Translations under genes and position numbers: made by a program
Part shown: piece by piece, positions 53,601 through 64,000 of the stretch
Layout of the letters: each line of letters begins with the position of its first letter
How positions within the stretch are numbered: the first letter of the stretch is position 1
The notes under the pieces: model-generated
Told to the model about the DNA's origin: nothing
Databases searched by the model: none
What the model saw: only the letters and a program-made list of their open reading frames with translations
DNA from: Eledone cirrhosa
Lineage: Eukaryota
Assembly: GCA_964016885.1 (NCBI GenBank)
Contig: OZ024743.1
Location: forward strand, 290,656,001-290,720,000
Reading direction: 5' to 3'
Length of the DNA stretch: 64,000 nt

Positions 53601-54262
53601 TGGCCGTATCTCTGTTCCAGGTATTATTTATCTCAGCATTCAGATCATTGTCTGCTTCGGGTGGTTCCTCCGTTCTCTCGACCTCTTCACCTTCATTTTC
53701 CTCTGGCTCGTTTGCCTGGCAACTCCACTCTCCATCTCCAAGCTAATCTCTCTGCTCAGTTCCTCCAGTTCCAGCTCGCTTATCCACCCATTAGTACTTA
53801 TTACCAGAGCCTGCCCGGCCAATTTTTGTTCATCTAATTTAAATAGAGCAATCTCGTTCCAGATGTTATGCATCCGTTTCCTATAGCCTTTCTCCTTGGG
53901 GTTACTCTTCAGGTAACATTGCACAACAGTTCTATTCAATTCTTTCGTCCAGTTGGTTCTGGTCCCTTTCCTTCGTCTTCTTCCTCCGACACCAGTAGTA
54001 TTTGGTTGACAGCCAGGTCCCTGCTGCTGAGCCAGGGAGCACTTGTTGGGTGAGAGGCTGTCACATGATATTCTAGTCTCCATTTCACCGTTATTCGAAC
54101 TGTTTAGGTTCGATATTTAAACACTCTTATCGAGGATTGGCGAATGTATGGTTACATAACAACCGGTGAATTCATTGTCTCCGGTGGTTCCGTCACTCCA
54201 CGTGATTTTTGTGTGGCATTATCACGCTGTAGACGAACATAAATAAACAAAAAAACAAACAG
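50646..54262 (-). mobile_element. R4/Dong family 1, full-length decayed copy
   Basis: Fragmented ORFs 54083-50721 are colinear with the copy above; the 3' end abuts (ATT)n at 50608-50645. Confidence 0.95.
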
Positions 54263-54867
54263 GCTAAAAAAAAACCAAAAATGAATAAGCATAAGTTTCA
54301 TTGTAATGTAGTGTTTGAATGTCTGACTTAGTTTTTCCCTTCCCTTCTCTGTCCGTCTGTTTGTTTTTCTCTTCATTCTTATTTCCTTTACGTTTTTCGT
54401 TGTTGCTGTGCTGCTTTGATTTTTATTTTTGTCTTTTTTTTATTTTGACCGCGTCATCAATTCAGTCTATTTGTATATTTTGATGCCTTCCCCTTTCAGT
54501 GGGGTTTCTACGATGTAGCAGGGGGTAACGGGAGAGAATAGCGGCGGTAGTGATAATGAGGCAGTGGTGGTGGTGGCGGTGCTGTGCTAGCAGCAACTAG
54601 CAGAAGGTAGTGGGAGAGAATAGCGGCGGTAGAGATAAATCATTATTAGGCAGTGGTGGTGGTGATGTGGTCGTATTACTGTAGAGATGGTATTGAAGTT
54701 GGAGTAGAAATAGCGGTTGAGTCGACTTAACCAGAGTTTTCATCGTGGTAGTGGTGGTGGTGTTGGTGGGGAAATGATCTTTAGTTATTTAGTCATTTTG
54801 TCATTTTCCTCCTTTTCGACTCTAACATTCCTGATCCAAAATTAAATATTAATCTTGTTTATTAATA

Positions 54868-55367
54868 TTGTCTAGTGATACCGCCATCTTCCCCTTTCGT
54901 AAGTTAACAGAAGGTAATGGGGGGGATAGCGGTGGTAGCAATGAAGGAGTGGTGGCGGCGGTGATGGGATAGTGGTAGTAATGATGGATGGGCGGCGGTG
55001 GCGGTGACTGTAGTGATGGCGTTGTCGTTACTGAGTTTTGTTGAATGAACTGTACTTTTGTTTGATCGGTGAATCTATGGGGTTAGTCGCGTATATGTGT
55101 TGACATAATTTTCCTTAATATTGGAATTAAACATTTTGTTAAAACTTGAGACAATAATAATAGTAATTACTATTATTATGCTGAGATTGGTGGTGGTGGT
55201 GGTGATATTGCCGTTATCTGGATAATGTGTTTAGTGTGCACAGAGGGGTGATGGGGTAAGTGGTGTATCTAGTTTCTGGTGTTGTTGAAATTGCTGTTAT
55301 TTGGCTGTTCTATATAGTGTAGACAGAGGGGGTTTTCTTCCATTTGTAACCATTTTCTTTTTTGAAT
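54868..55367. repeat. ~500-bp GGT-rich direct repeat, copy 1
   Basis: Matches 60158-60626 (ttgtctagtgataccgcc ... cattttctttttgaat). Confidence 0.85.
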
Positions 55368-55561
55368 ATAAAATGTATAATACAAAATTGAATATTTGAG
55401 AGATATAACAATATATTATGGATCCAAATTTCTTTGGGACTCAAGCCGGATGTTTTATGTATCATTTGTACTAAGATTTGTTTTTTCACAATTAATTTAA
55501 ATATGTTAAAAATCAAAACTTACGGGATCGATTTCACGACCTTGTATCCACCATGTGCGTA

Positions 55562-55621
55562 TTCTTCTTCTTCTTCTTCTTCTTCTTCTTCTTCTTCTTC
55601 TTCTTCTTCTTCTTCTTCGTC

Positions 55622-55688
<67 letters not shown>
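55562..55688. repeat. Compound (CTT)n(ATT)n microsatellite
   Basis: Direct reading. Confidence 0.97.
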
Positions 55689-55689
<1 letters not shown>

Positions 55690-58600
55690 GTTGCATTTAT
55701 CTTGCTTTATTTCATACGAGTTATCACCAAGTCGCAACCAGTGACCTCAAGAGACAACAAGGTCCGCCATGTTCAAGAAAGAACATACATATTCACACAT
55801 GCATCTTTAGTGTTTAGACTTGTGATGTACTTATATTGACAGAATCTTCCTTAGTATATGGGCAGTTCCTATTAGTACTATCTTTTGTATTTCTCCTATA
55901 CGCGGGTTTCCTGGGATTTGCGATATGTTATCATTAGACCCCTTAGGTATCAATCCCAGAGCGCCTACAACCACTGGTATTGTTTTAGTTCTCAATTTCC
56001 ACATTTTTCCAATTTCTATCTCCAGGTCCTTATACTTGCTCAATTTTTCAAATGTTTTTATAGATACATTCTTGTCTATTGGAACAGACATATCAATTAG
56101 CAGGCATACCATATTTTGAAAGTCCTTCAATATTATATCAGGTCTATTTGCATCTATTTTTCGGTCTGTTTGGATGCTAAAGTTCCACAAGTTTGAGATG
56201 TGATCTTTTTCAAGTATGGCAGGTGGTTGATGCTCCCACCAATTCTTTTGATGGGGTAGGTCAAAATGCTTACACATTATCCAATGTATGTATTGTGCAG
56301 CTCTGTCATGCCTGTTTAGGTATTCGGTTGGAGCTATAGGACTGCACATTGAAATTATATGGTCAATGGACTCTGGTTGTTTTTTGCATACACGGCATAA
56401 TGGGCTGCATCCATTTTTTATTATGTTGGCTTGGTAATTTTTTGTTGGGAGACACTGATCTTGTGCTGATATAATCAGTCCTTCAGTCTCCGATTTCAGT
56501 CCAGAGGATGCCAACAACTGATTGGTTAAAGTTTTGTCAACATCAGGATTGTTAGCTTGCGCTGGGTATTTTCCATACAGAGGCTTTTCTTGCCATTTCT
56601 TAGCCAGTTTCTGTACCAGTTCTTTCTTTACAGTTACTTTTACCTGCTTTGCTTTTTCTGTGTTTTCCATTTCAGCAGTAAATGGGACTTCTGAAATTTG
56701 TAGTCCATTACTGTATCTTTGTGCATCTTTTGTAATGGAATATGATCTTTTGATGCTTTCGTGTTTCAAAACGAGTTTGATCATCCAATCATGTGATTCC
56801 CTTAGATATGTAGATATTCCAATTGTTGCAGTTTTCAACGCAATGTCTAACTGGATTAACCCACGTCCTCCTTCTTTCCTAGGGAGATATATTCTATCTA
56901 TATCTGCCTTAGGGTGATGCATTTTGTGCATCGTTAAGAATTTTCGAATTTTTGTATCGAGCCTACGGATCTCTGTGCTTGACCAGTTGATGACATTGTA
57001 ACTGTAGGTTACTACTGGTATGGCAAGCGTGTTTATGGCATCGATCCTATTCCTTGCATTCAATTCCGTTCTTAAGATTGCTCTTACTCTGCGGTAACAT
57101 TCCTTCCTTATCCTTTCCCTCATTGTCGAGTGCTTGATTCCGTCTCCTTCACAAACACCTAGATATTTGTAAGTTTTTTCTTGATCAAGTTCTCTTATCA
57201 CGTTCCCCCGATCAAGATTAGTGTCTGAACTCTTCAGCAGCTTTCCTCTGGTGAACGTTGCTTTGTCGCATTTATCTAGTCCAAACTCCATTTCAATGTT
57301 ATCACTGAACTGCTCCACAGTGGATAATAGCCCTTGCAATTGTTCATCATTTTTTGCAAATAGTTTCAGGTCATCCATGTAGAACAGGTGATTAATGGTT
57401 TTGTCAAAGACTTTATATCCATGTTTTGTTTCATTGAGCATTTTACTTAATGGTATAAGTGCGATGCAGAATAAAAGCGGTGATAAAGAGTCACCCTGAA
57501 AAATTCCACAATTAATATTAACTTCTCCAGCTTCCAGTGATTTTGTTTCACTATTCAAAAGGAGTGTCGTTTTCCATGAATGTCGTTTTCCATACTGAAT
57601 GACAAAAACCTCCTGACAACGGGGGATATTTTGAAAATCTCTAAACATTTCTCAATCCAACTGTGTGGCAAACTATCGAATGCTTTTTTATAATCTATCC
57701 AAGCAATCGATAGATTTTTGTGTCTATTATGACAATCTTCCAGTATCATTTTGTTAACCAGAAGCTGATCCTTACAGCTATATGAGCCTCGTTTACACCC
57801 TTTCTGCTCAATGGGAAATAGGTCATTTGTTATCAGGTGGTCATATGTGTATTCAGTTAGGACTAATGTTAACATTTTATACATTGTGGTCAAGCAAGTT
57901 ATCGGTCTGTAATTTTTGGGATTGTTTGTCTCATCATTCTTCGGAAGCAGGAATGTAATGCCGTTAACTAGCCATGATGGTATCTTTTCTGGCTCCTTAA
58001 CTATTTCATTGTAAAGTTGGGCTAACAGCTCATGAGACTCTGTGAAGGCATTTATCGAAAAGTTTTGTATTTTGTCTTTTCCTGGGGCTTTCCATTTGCT
58101 GGTTTTTCTTAGAGCCAAGCGCAACTGTTCAACTGTTATATTTTCCCATATTTGTTCCTCAAGGTGAGCTGTATCTTTCATTTGTCTGTCTATCCATGGG
58201 GCATGTATGTTATGAACTTTTTCTTCGGCCCAGATCTTTTCCCAGAATTCTTGCACTTCCTCCTTGGGTGGTATTGATTTAGCAGTGAATGTTGACTTAC
58301 CAATTTTTCTGTAGAAGTTTTTTGGGTTATTTTTGAACATATTATTGTACTTATAGAATCTAGATAGTTTTTCAAAGCGCCTTATACGAGCAGCTTTGGC
58401 CGACACTTTTTGCTTGATTATTTCTATCAGCATGTCTATGTCACATGTTGATTTTATTCTGTACTTTTTTTTCAATTTTCTAAGTTTAGTTTGTTTAACA
58501 TGTTCACCTACTTTATAGTTTGTTAAAATTTCTATGTCAGATCGGAGAAGGTTTATTTGGCGATTGATGTTCTCTTGCCAAGTAGATTTCTTATGGGAAT

Positions 58601-59832
58601 TTCTTTGTTTTTTCATCTTCACTCCACATAAGTGAGTGGTGACTTTAGCCGATGCATAATAGAGATGATTTAAATCAGTAATGTTTAGTTTGTTTGTGAT
58701 GATAATGTTTTTGAGAATTATGTTAGTCTTGTGTATTATCTTTTGGTTCTGTTTGGAGTTCTGGATCTTAGGGAGTGTGTCTCGTTGCCCCATGTCAGAT
58801 TCTTTCATTTTCATCCATTCGATCATAATTTCATCCTTCAAGTTGGCAAGTTCATTCTCATTCATTTCTTTATCATTTATGATCTCATTATTTTTGGCAG
58901 TATCGGTAGAGAGTCGGACACCATGCTTTCCAGCATAGTTACGTCCCTTTACGATCTGAGTTCAAATCCCGCCGAGGTTGACTTAGCCTTTCATCCTTAC
59001 GAGGTCGATAAAATAAAGTACCAGTAATGCACTGGGCAATTGCTGGCCGTGTGCCTAAAGTAGAAACAATTATTTTCATTTGGAGTTTCATCCTGAGCAT
59101 GCACTCCCTCCACTTTTTCGATCCTTTCTTTAATTTGTTCTGTTGCCAGTGATTCCGCCCCAACCCTGGGATTCGAAGTGTTACAGTTTACCTCGTTTTC
59201 ACTGACACATGTTTCATTTTCCCTTCGCTGACTTTGTGCTAATAGCTTGATCTGATCAATTTCTATATCAGTTAGTAACTTTTTTCTTACAATATTTCTT
59301 CGTATATTGGCTAGTTTGTTACTGTCAATATAGCCTCTGTTTTCGGGATGTTTCTTTTTCCAGTTGATATATGTCTGTTCTGTATTCGATGTATTTGATG
59401 GGTAGTACATGGCAGTGTAGAAAGCCTCAAGGACATCTTTATTATCTTCCCTTGACTATTTTTCTCTCTTTTTCTTTGGATTTCTTGGTGGTGAGCATGG
59501 AGGGCCAACAGTAGGAGTATTCCGGTTATGGGAGGTCTCCAGCTCCGAAGTGATGGGAAGGTTTGAACCATTAGCTGATTTTTCGACCCCAGTCTGGTTC
59601 GTCTCTGAGGGACGCGGCCCTTTTTTACCCGGGTGACGGCCGATCCGGTATGAGATTTTATCATTAGACATTTACTTTATTTTGTCGCGTTATATCCTTA
59701 TCCGCCAAAGGGTAATCATTTCGTGTTACCACTTCTAGAACGAGTGTCAACCAAGACTAGAGGGTTCGTTCTACCCTAGAGACACGGCTATTCCCCGCCG
59801 GCCGCCATCCCGGTATTTCTTGGTCACGGGGT
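55689..59832 (-). mobile_element. R4/Dong-clade LINE family 2, full-length, frameshifted
   Basis: ORFs 59671-55831 carry [49 protein letters not shown] and RPDIIL..IDMSVP..EKLSKYKDL. The 3' end sits at (ATT)n. Confidence 0.95.
58895..59074 (+). mobile_element. Deu/Nin SINE inserted antisense into the Dong family 2 ORF
   Basis: A box tggcagtatcgg, B box gagttcaaatcc and the SINE core; attatttt occurs on both sides (possible TSD). Confidence 0.9.
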
Positions 59833-60157
59833 TTTCTTTTTGTTGTTTTTTTTAAATTGTTCTTATCATGAGTGGTTCCTTAATGTGAGCATTGCGTGGC
59901 TTAAGAATGAAATTATTAATAATTGTCTCCACTCCAGGCACAAGACCAGCAATCACCCAGTGCATTACAATAATATAATATACTTTTTGTTGTAGTTGGC
60001 TGTTATTGTTGTTGGCTATGTCGGTGGTGGTGCCGGGGCTTTTTATATTGTTGGTGAGGAAGGGGTGAACCAGCAGTCCCATAGTTGTTGGTGTTGACGT
60101 TTGGCCGGTGGCCAGGTCACTAAGTCAATATATTTATATCTTTTGCTAGCCTCTCCC

Positions 60158-60624
60158 TTGTCTAGTGATACCGCCACCTTCCCCTTTCTCTCTCAAGTTA
60201 ACAGGAGAATAGTGGTGGTAGCAATGAAGGAGTGGTGGCGGCGGCGATGGGATAGTGGTAGCAGTGATGGATGAGGTGGGGTGGTGGCAGCGGTGGCGTT
60301 GAGCTTACTGATATGTAGTATCTATGATTTTGTGTTCGTATGTTTAATATATATTTTTATTATATATTGTGTTGACATATTCGCGTAAAATTGGAATTAA
60401 ACATTTTGTTAAAATTTGAGACAATAATAATAGTAATTATTATTATGATGCTGGGATTGATGGTGGTGGTGGTGAAATTGCCGTTATCTGGCTGTTATAT
60501 TTAGTGTGATGGGATAGGTGGTGTATCAAGTTTCTGGTGTTGGTGAAATTGCTGTTATTTGGCTGTTCTATATAGTGTAGACAGAGGGTGTTTTCTTCCA
60601 TTTATAACCATTTTCTTTTTTTGA

Positions 60625-60626
<2 letters not shown>
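60158..60626. repeat. ~470-bp GGT-rich direct repeat, copy 2
   Basis: Matches 54868-55367 and runs directly into (ATT)n. Confidence 0.85.
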
Positions 60627-60660
<34 letters not shown>

Positions 60661-60665
60661 GTTAT

Positions 60666-60819
60666 TACACTTTGAGTCTCAGTCATTGATGTTAGTTAAC
60701 TGGAAAGTTTGTTGAAATGAATATCAAGCCACTACCTGCAGCCTCAGATATTCAGGACGTATTGGAGGGTTTTTGCTGTTCCCTGCAAGCATGCCTTTTG
60801 AAGCGTTCCAAAAAGCGTG
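60666..60819 (-). mobile_element. R4/Dong family 1, 3'-terminal ~150-bp fragment
   Basis: Matches the 3' UTR and last codons at 47018-47167; lies between (ATT)n tracts. Confidence 0.9.
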
Positions 60820-60824
60820 TATAC

Positions 60825-60857
<33 letters not shown>

Positions 60858-60860
<3 letters not shown>

Positions 60861-63800
60861 CTTGAATCTCAGTCATTGATGTTGGTTAACTGGAAAGTCC
60901 GTTGGAATTAATATCGAGCCACTACCTGCAGCCTCAGATATTCAGGACGTATCGGAGGGTTCTTGCTGTTCCCAGCAAGCATGCCTTTTGAAGCGTTCCA
61001 AAAAGCGTGAAGGGGCCTATTTTCTTTAACCATCCCTGGAAACTTTTGGAGATAGTCCCCAGTGCGCCTATGATAATCGGGATCACTTTGACTTCATGGC
61101 AGTTCCAAATCCTTTTTACCTCCCACTTTAAGTCCTGGTATCTGTTAATTTTCTCCCTCTCCTTCTCTTGCACTCTCGTGTCGAATGGGCAGGCCACATC
61201 CACAATCAGACACGCTCTTTTTTCTTTGTCCACAACCACCAGGTCAGGTATATTGTGTTCCAGTTTCTTGTCCGTCTGTATCCTGAAATCCCACAGCACC
61301 TTCACCTGATCGTTCTCCATCACCGCCTCTGGCCTATGCTCATACCATTTCTCAGAATGTGGTAAATTGTTTACTTTGCACAGGTGCCAGTGGATCACCC
61401 TGCCCATCACATCATGTCTCCAGCCCTTATAGTGGGTCTGGGCTAGGTGTTTACACTCGGATACAATGTGCGCCACAGTCTCCTCTCTCTCTCCACAGAT
61501 TCTGCACAGTGGGCTAGCCTCCTCCTTGTAAATATGGTGTTTCAACCACTTCGTTTTGAGTGTCTGCTCCTGCGCAGCCATTAACATTCCTTCTGTAGCC
61601 CTTTTGAGGTCTCCTCTTCTCAACCAGTTCCATGTCTGTGGATCTCTAATTCAGTTTTCTCAAAGAAGGTATTATGAAGGGATTTTCCCTGAAGGCTGCT
61701 CTTTCTCCTTGATGTTATTTCCTCCTTGGACATCCCCTGGCCTACTGCCCCCTCCTTCAGTACAGTTCTGAGCATTGGCTCCTTACTATCAGTCACGTAT
61801 TTGTGTAGGTTGTTTTTCTCCATCTGAACACAGTCCTCTATGCTGATAAGACCTCTTCCACCCTCAGATCTCCTTAGGTAGAGTCTATCGACACCACTCC
61901 TCTTGTGGAACATGTTGTAGATAGTCAATAGCTTCCTAGTCTTCCTATCCATTTCTTTTTGTTCAGCCACATTCCATCTCAGAATTCCCGCACTGTACCT
62001 AATAATAGACACAGCTCGGGAATTTACTGCGCTTATGGCATTTCTGCTGTTCAATACGCTCCGTAGTCTCCGAATGTATTCAGTTCTTAACAATTCCTTC
62101 ATTTTTTTGTTCTTTATGCCATCATCCTCCAGAACGCCCAAATACTTGTATCCTTCCTCAGAGTCAATTTCGTTTATCATCTCACCTGTTGGTATCAGGA
62201 TTCCGTTACTTCTGCTCAACCTACCCATCCTCATCACAATGACTCCACACTTACTAATACCAAACTGCATACATATATCACTGCTGAAAATACGGACAGT
62301 GTCAACAAGCACATCCAACTCCTTCTCACTCTTCCCGAAGAGCTTAAGATCGTCCATGAAGAGGAGGTGATTGATGGTAAGCTCTCCCTTTCCCAACTTG
62401 TATCCTGCTCTCACTTTTCGCAGCATAATGGTCAAGGGCATTAGGGCAAGGACAAACAACAGAGGGGACAGGCTATCTCCCTGGAGGATACCTCTCTTGA
62501 TCTTCACGCTTCCCAATGATTCTCCAGTTGATGTCAACTCTGTCTCCCAGGACCCCATACTCCTGCCCAGCAACTGTCTGATGTTATCTGCCACCTTGAA
62601 GATCTCCAGGCTTTTGGTGATCCAAGAGTGAGGCACCATGTCAAATGCCTTTCTGTAGTCTATCCATCCCATGGCAAGATCAGTGTGTCTCCTCCTGCAA
62701 TTCCCCATTACCATCTCATCAATAAGTAACTGGTCCTTTGTACCACGTGACTTCTTTCGGCATCCTTTCTATTCGTCCGGTAACAAGTTGTTTGTGTGGA
62801 GGTCATGGTAGATTTCCCCAGACACAATGCTCGTCAACAGTTTCCACATTACGGACAGACATGTTATAGGTCTATAGTTGGTAACATCATTACCCTTGAT
62901 TCGGTCTTTCGTTATCAGAACTGTGGTACCTTTTGTCAACCACTCTGGCACCTCACCCGACACCAAGCAGTCATTGAACATGGCCGTCAGTTTCGGGTGG
63001 AGGGATGTTAAATTTTTAATCCAATACCCCTGCAAACCATCTGGGCCTGGTGATTTCCAGTTGGTTAGTTTTTTTGCCTGCCCCTTAAGAGTTTCAACTG
63101 TGATACTCAAATCAGTTTGCTGGTGTGCCTGCTCACCGATCTCCCTCTGTACTGTCTCAATCCACCCTGCCTGGTCATTATGTCTAACATCCTGCTCCCA
63201 TATTCCTCTCCAGAATGTTTTAGTTTGTTCTGCCTCAGGGATCAAGTCGTTGCCTCTTTCTTTCCCCTCAAGCTGTCCAAACAGCATCTTCTGGTTGTTG
63301 TCGAACATGCGGTTCTGTTTATACTGACTGACTCTGTTCTCGTATCGCCTGATTTTTGCACTCTTTGCTACAATGCGTTGCTTCAGTTCCTCTATGATAA
63401 TATTTAGCTTTTTCCTCCTAGTTTTGTACTTTATTTCCAGTCTATTTTTAGTGCCTTTTTTTTTTAGTGTCCCATTCTGTAGTGACTCAAGCTTTCCTAT
63501 GTCATTTCTCATTTCCTTGATTTGACCACTCAGTCGTTTCTTCCACCAAGGCTCTGCTCTTTCTTGTCTGTTGTTTCCTCTCGTTTTTATACCAAGTAGT
63601 TTTCCTCACCGTATTTGCTGTTGCTTTGAAGATATTGTTGCACTGGTGAAGGCTCCTCGCCTCAAGGTATGGGATTACTTTGTTTACCTTAGCTGTTGTT
63701 TCTTTTAACTTTTTCCTGTCTACAAATCTTAGGTTCATAGGTCTCCCATTATCATTGTTCAATTCATCTACCACTAAATTTAGGATGTCAACCGAATCTT

Positions 63801-64000
63801 GTCCTAGCCCGTCAGCATTCATCTCCTCAGTGGCCGTATCTCTGTTCCAGGTATTATTTATCTCAGTATTCAGATCATTGTCTGCTTCGGGTGGTTCATC
63901 TGTTCTCTCGACCTCTTCACCTTCATTTCCCACTGGCTCGTTTGTCTGGCATACTACACCCTCCATCTCCAAGCTATTCTCTCTGCTCAGTTCCTTCTGT
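60858..64000 (-). mobile_element. R4/Dong family 1 copy, running off the window edge
   Basis: ORFs 60934-63972 are colinear with the other family 1 copies, with several frameshifts and stops. Confidence 0.95.

Noticed and set aside
58895-59074. SINE mobilised by Dong because both have A/T triplet tails
   Set aside because: The SINE sense tail is (ATT)n while the Dong sense tail is (AAT)n, and I saw no shared 3' sequence.

Overview
AT-rich, microsatellite-dense eukaryotic DNA with no host gene that I can support. The Deu/Nin-domain tRNA-SINE and long (TA)n tracts suggest a cephalopod such as Octopus, but that is inference. The window is a transposon graveyard. It holds two RTE LINE copies, three L1/Tx1-clade copies (one full-length but disrupted), and a 17-kb cluster of five R4/Dong RLE-type LINEs of two families inserted in (ATT)n tracts. 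It also holds Penelope-like element (PLE) remnants, Tc1/mariner/maT/pogo remnants and MITEs, a probable Helitron remnant, and many SINEs. The most notable signal is about a dozen type-I hammerhead ribozyme (HHR) motifs from at least six sequence families within 8.8-28.9 kb. Most sit in fold-back arrangements, including a non-coding ~430-460 nt tandem HHR unit present as two copies on each strand (retrozyme-like). Two non-L1 LINEs (RTE and Dong) show twin-priming-type 5' inversions, and both Dong families have pseudoknot-rich 5' leaders. All alignments and folds were done by eye, so boundaries are approximate.
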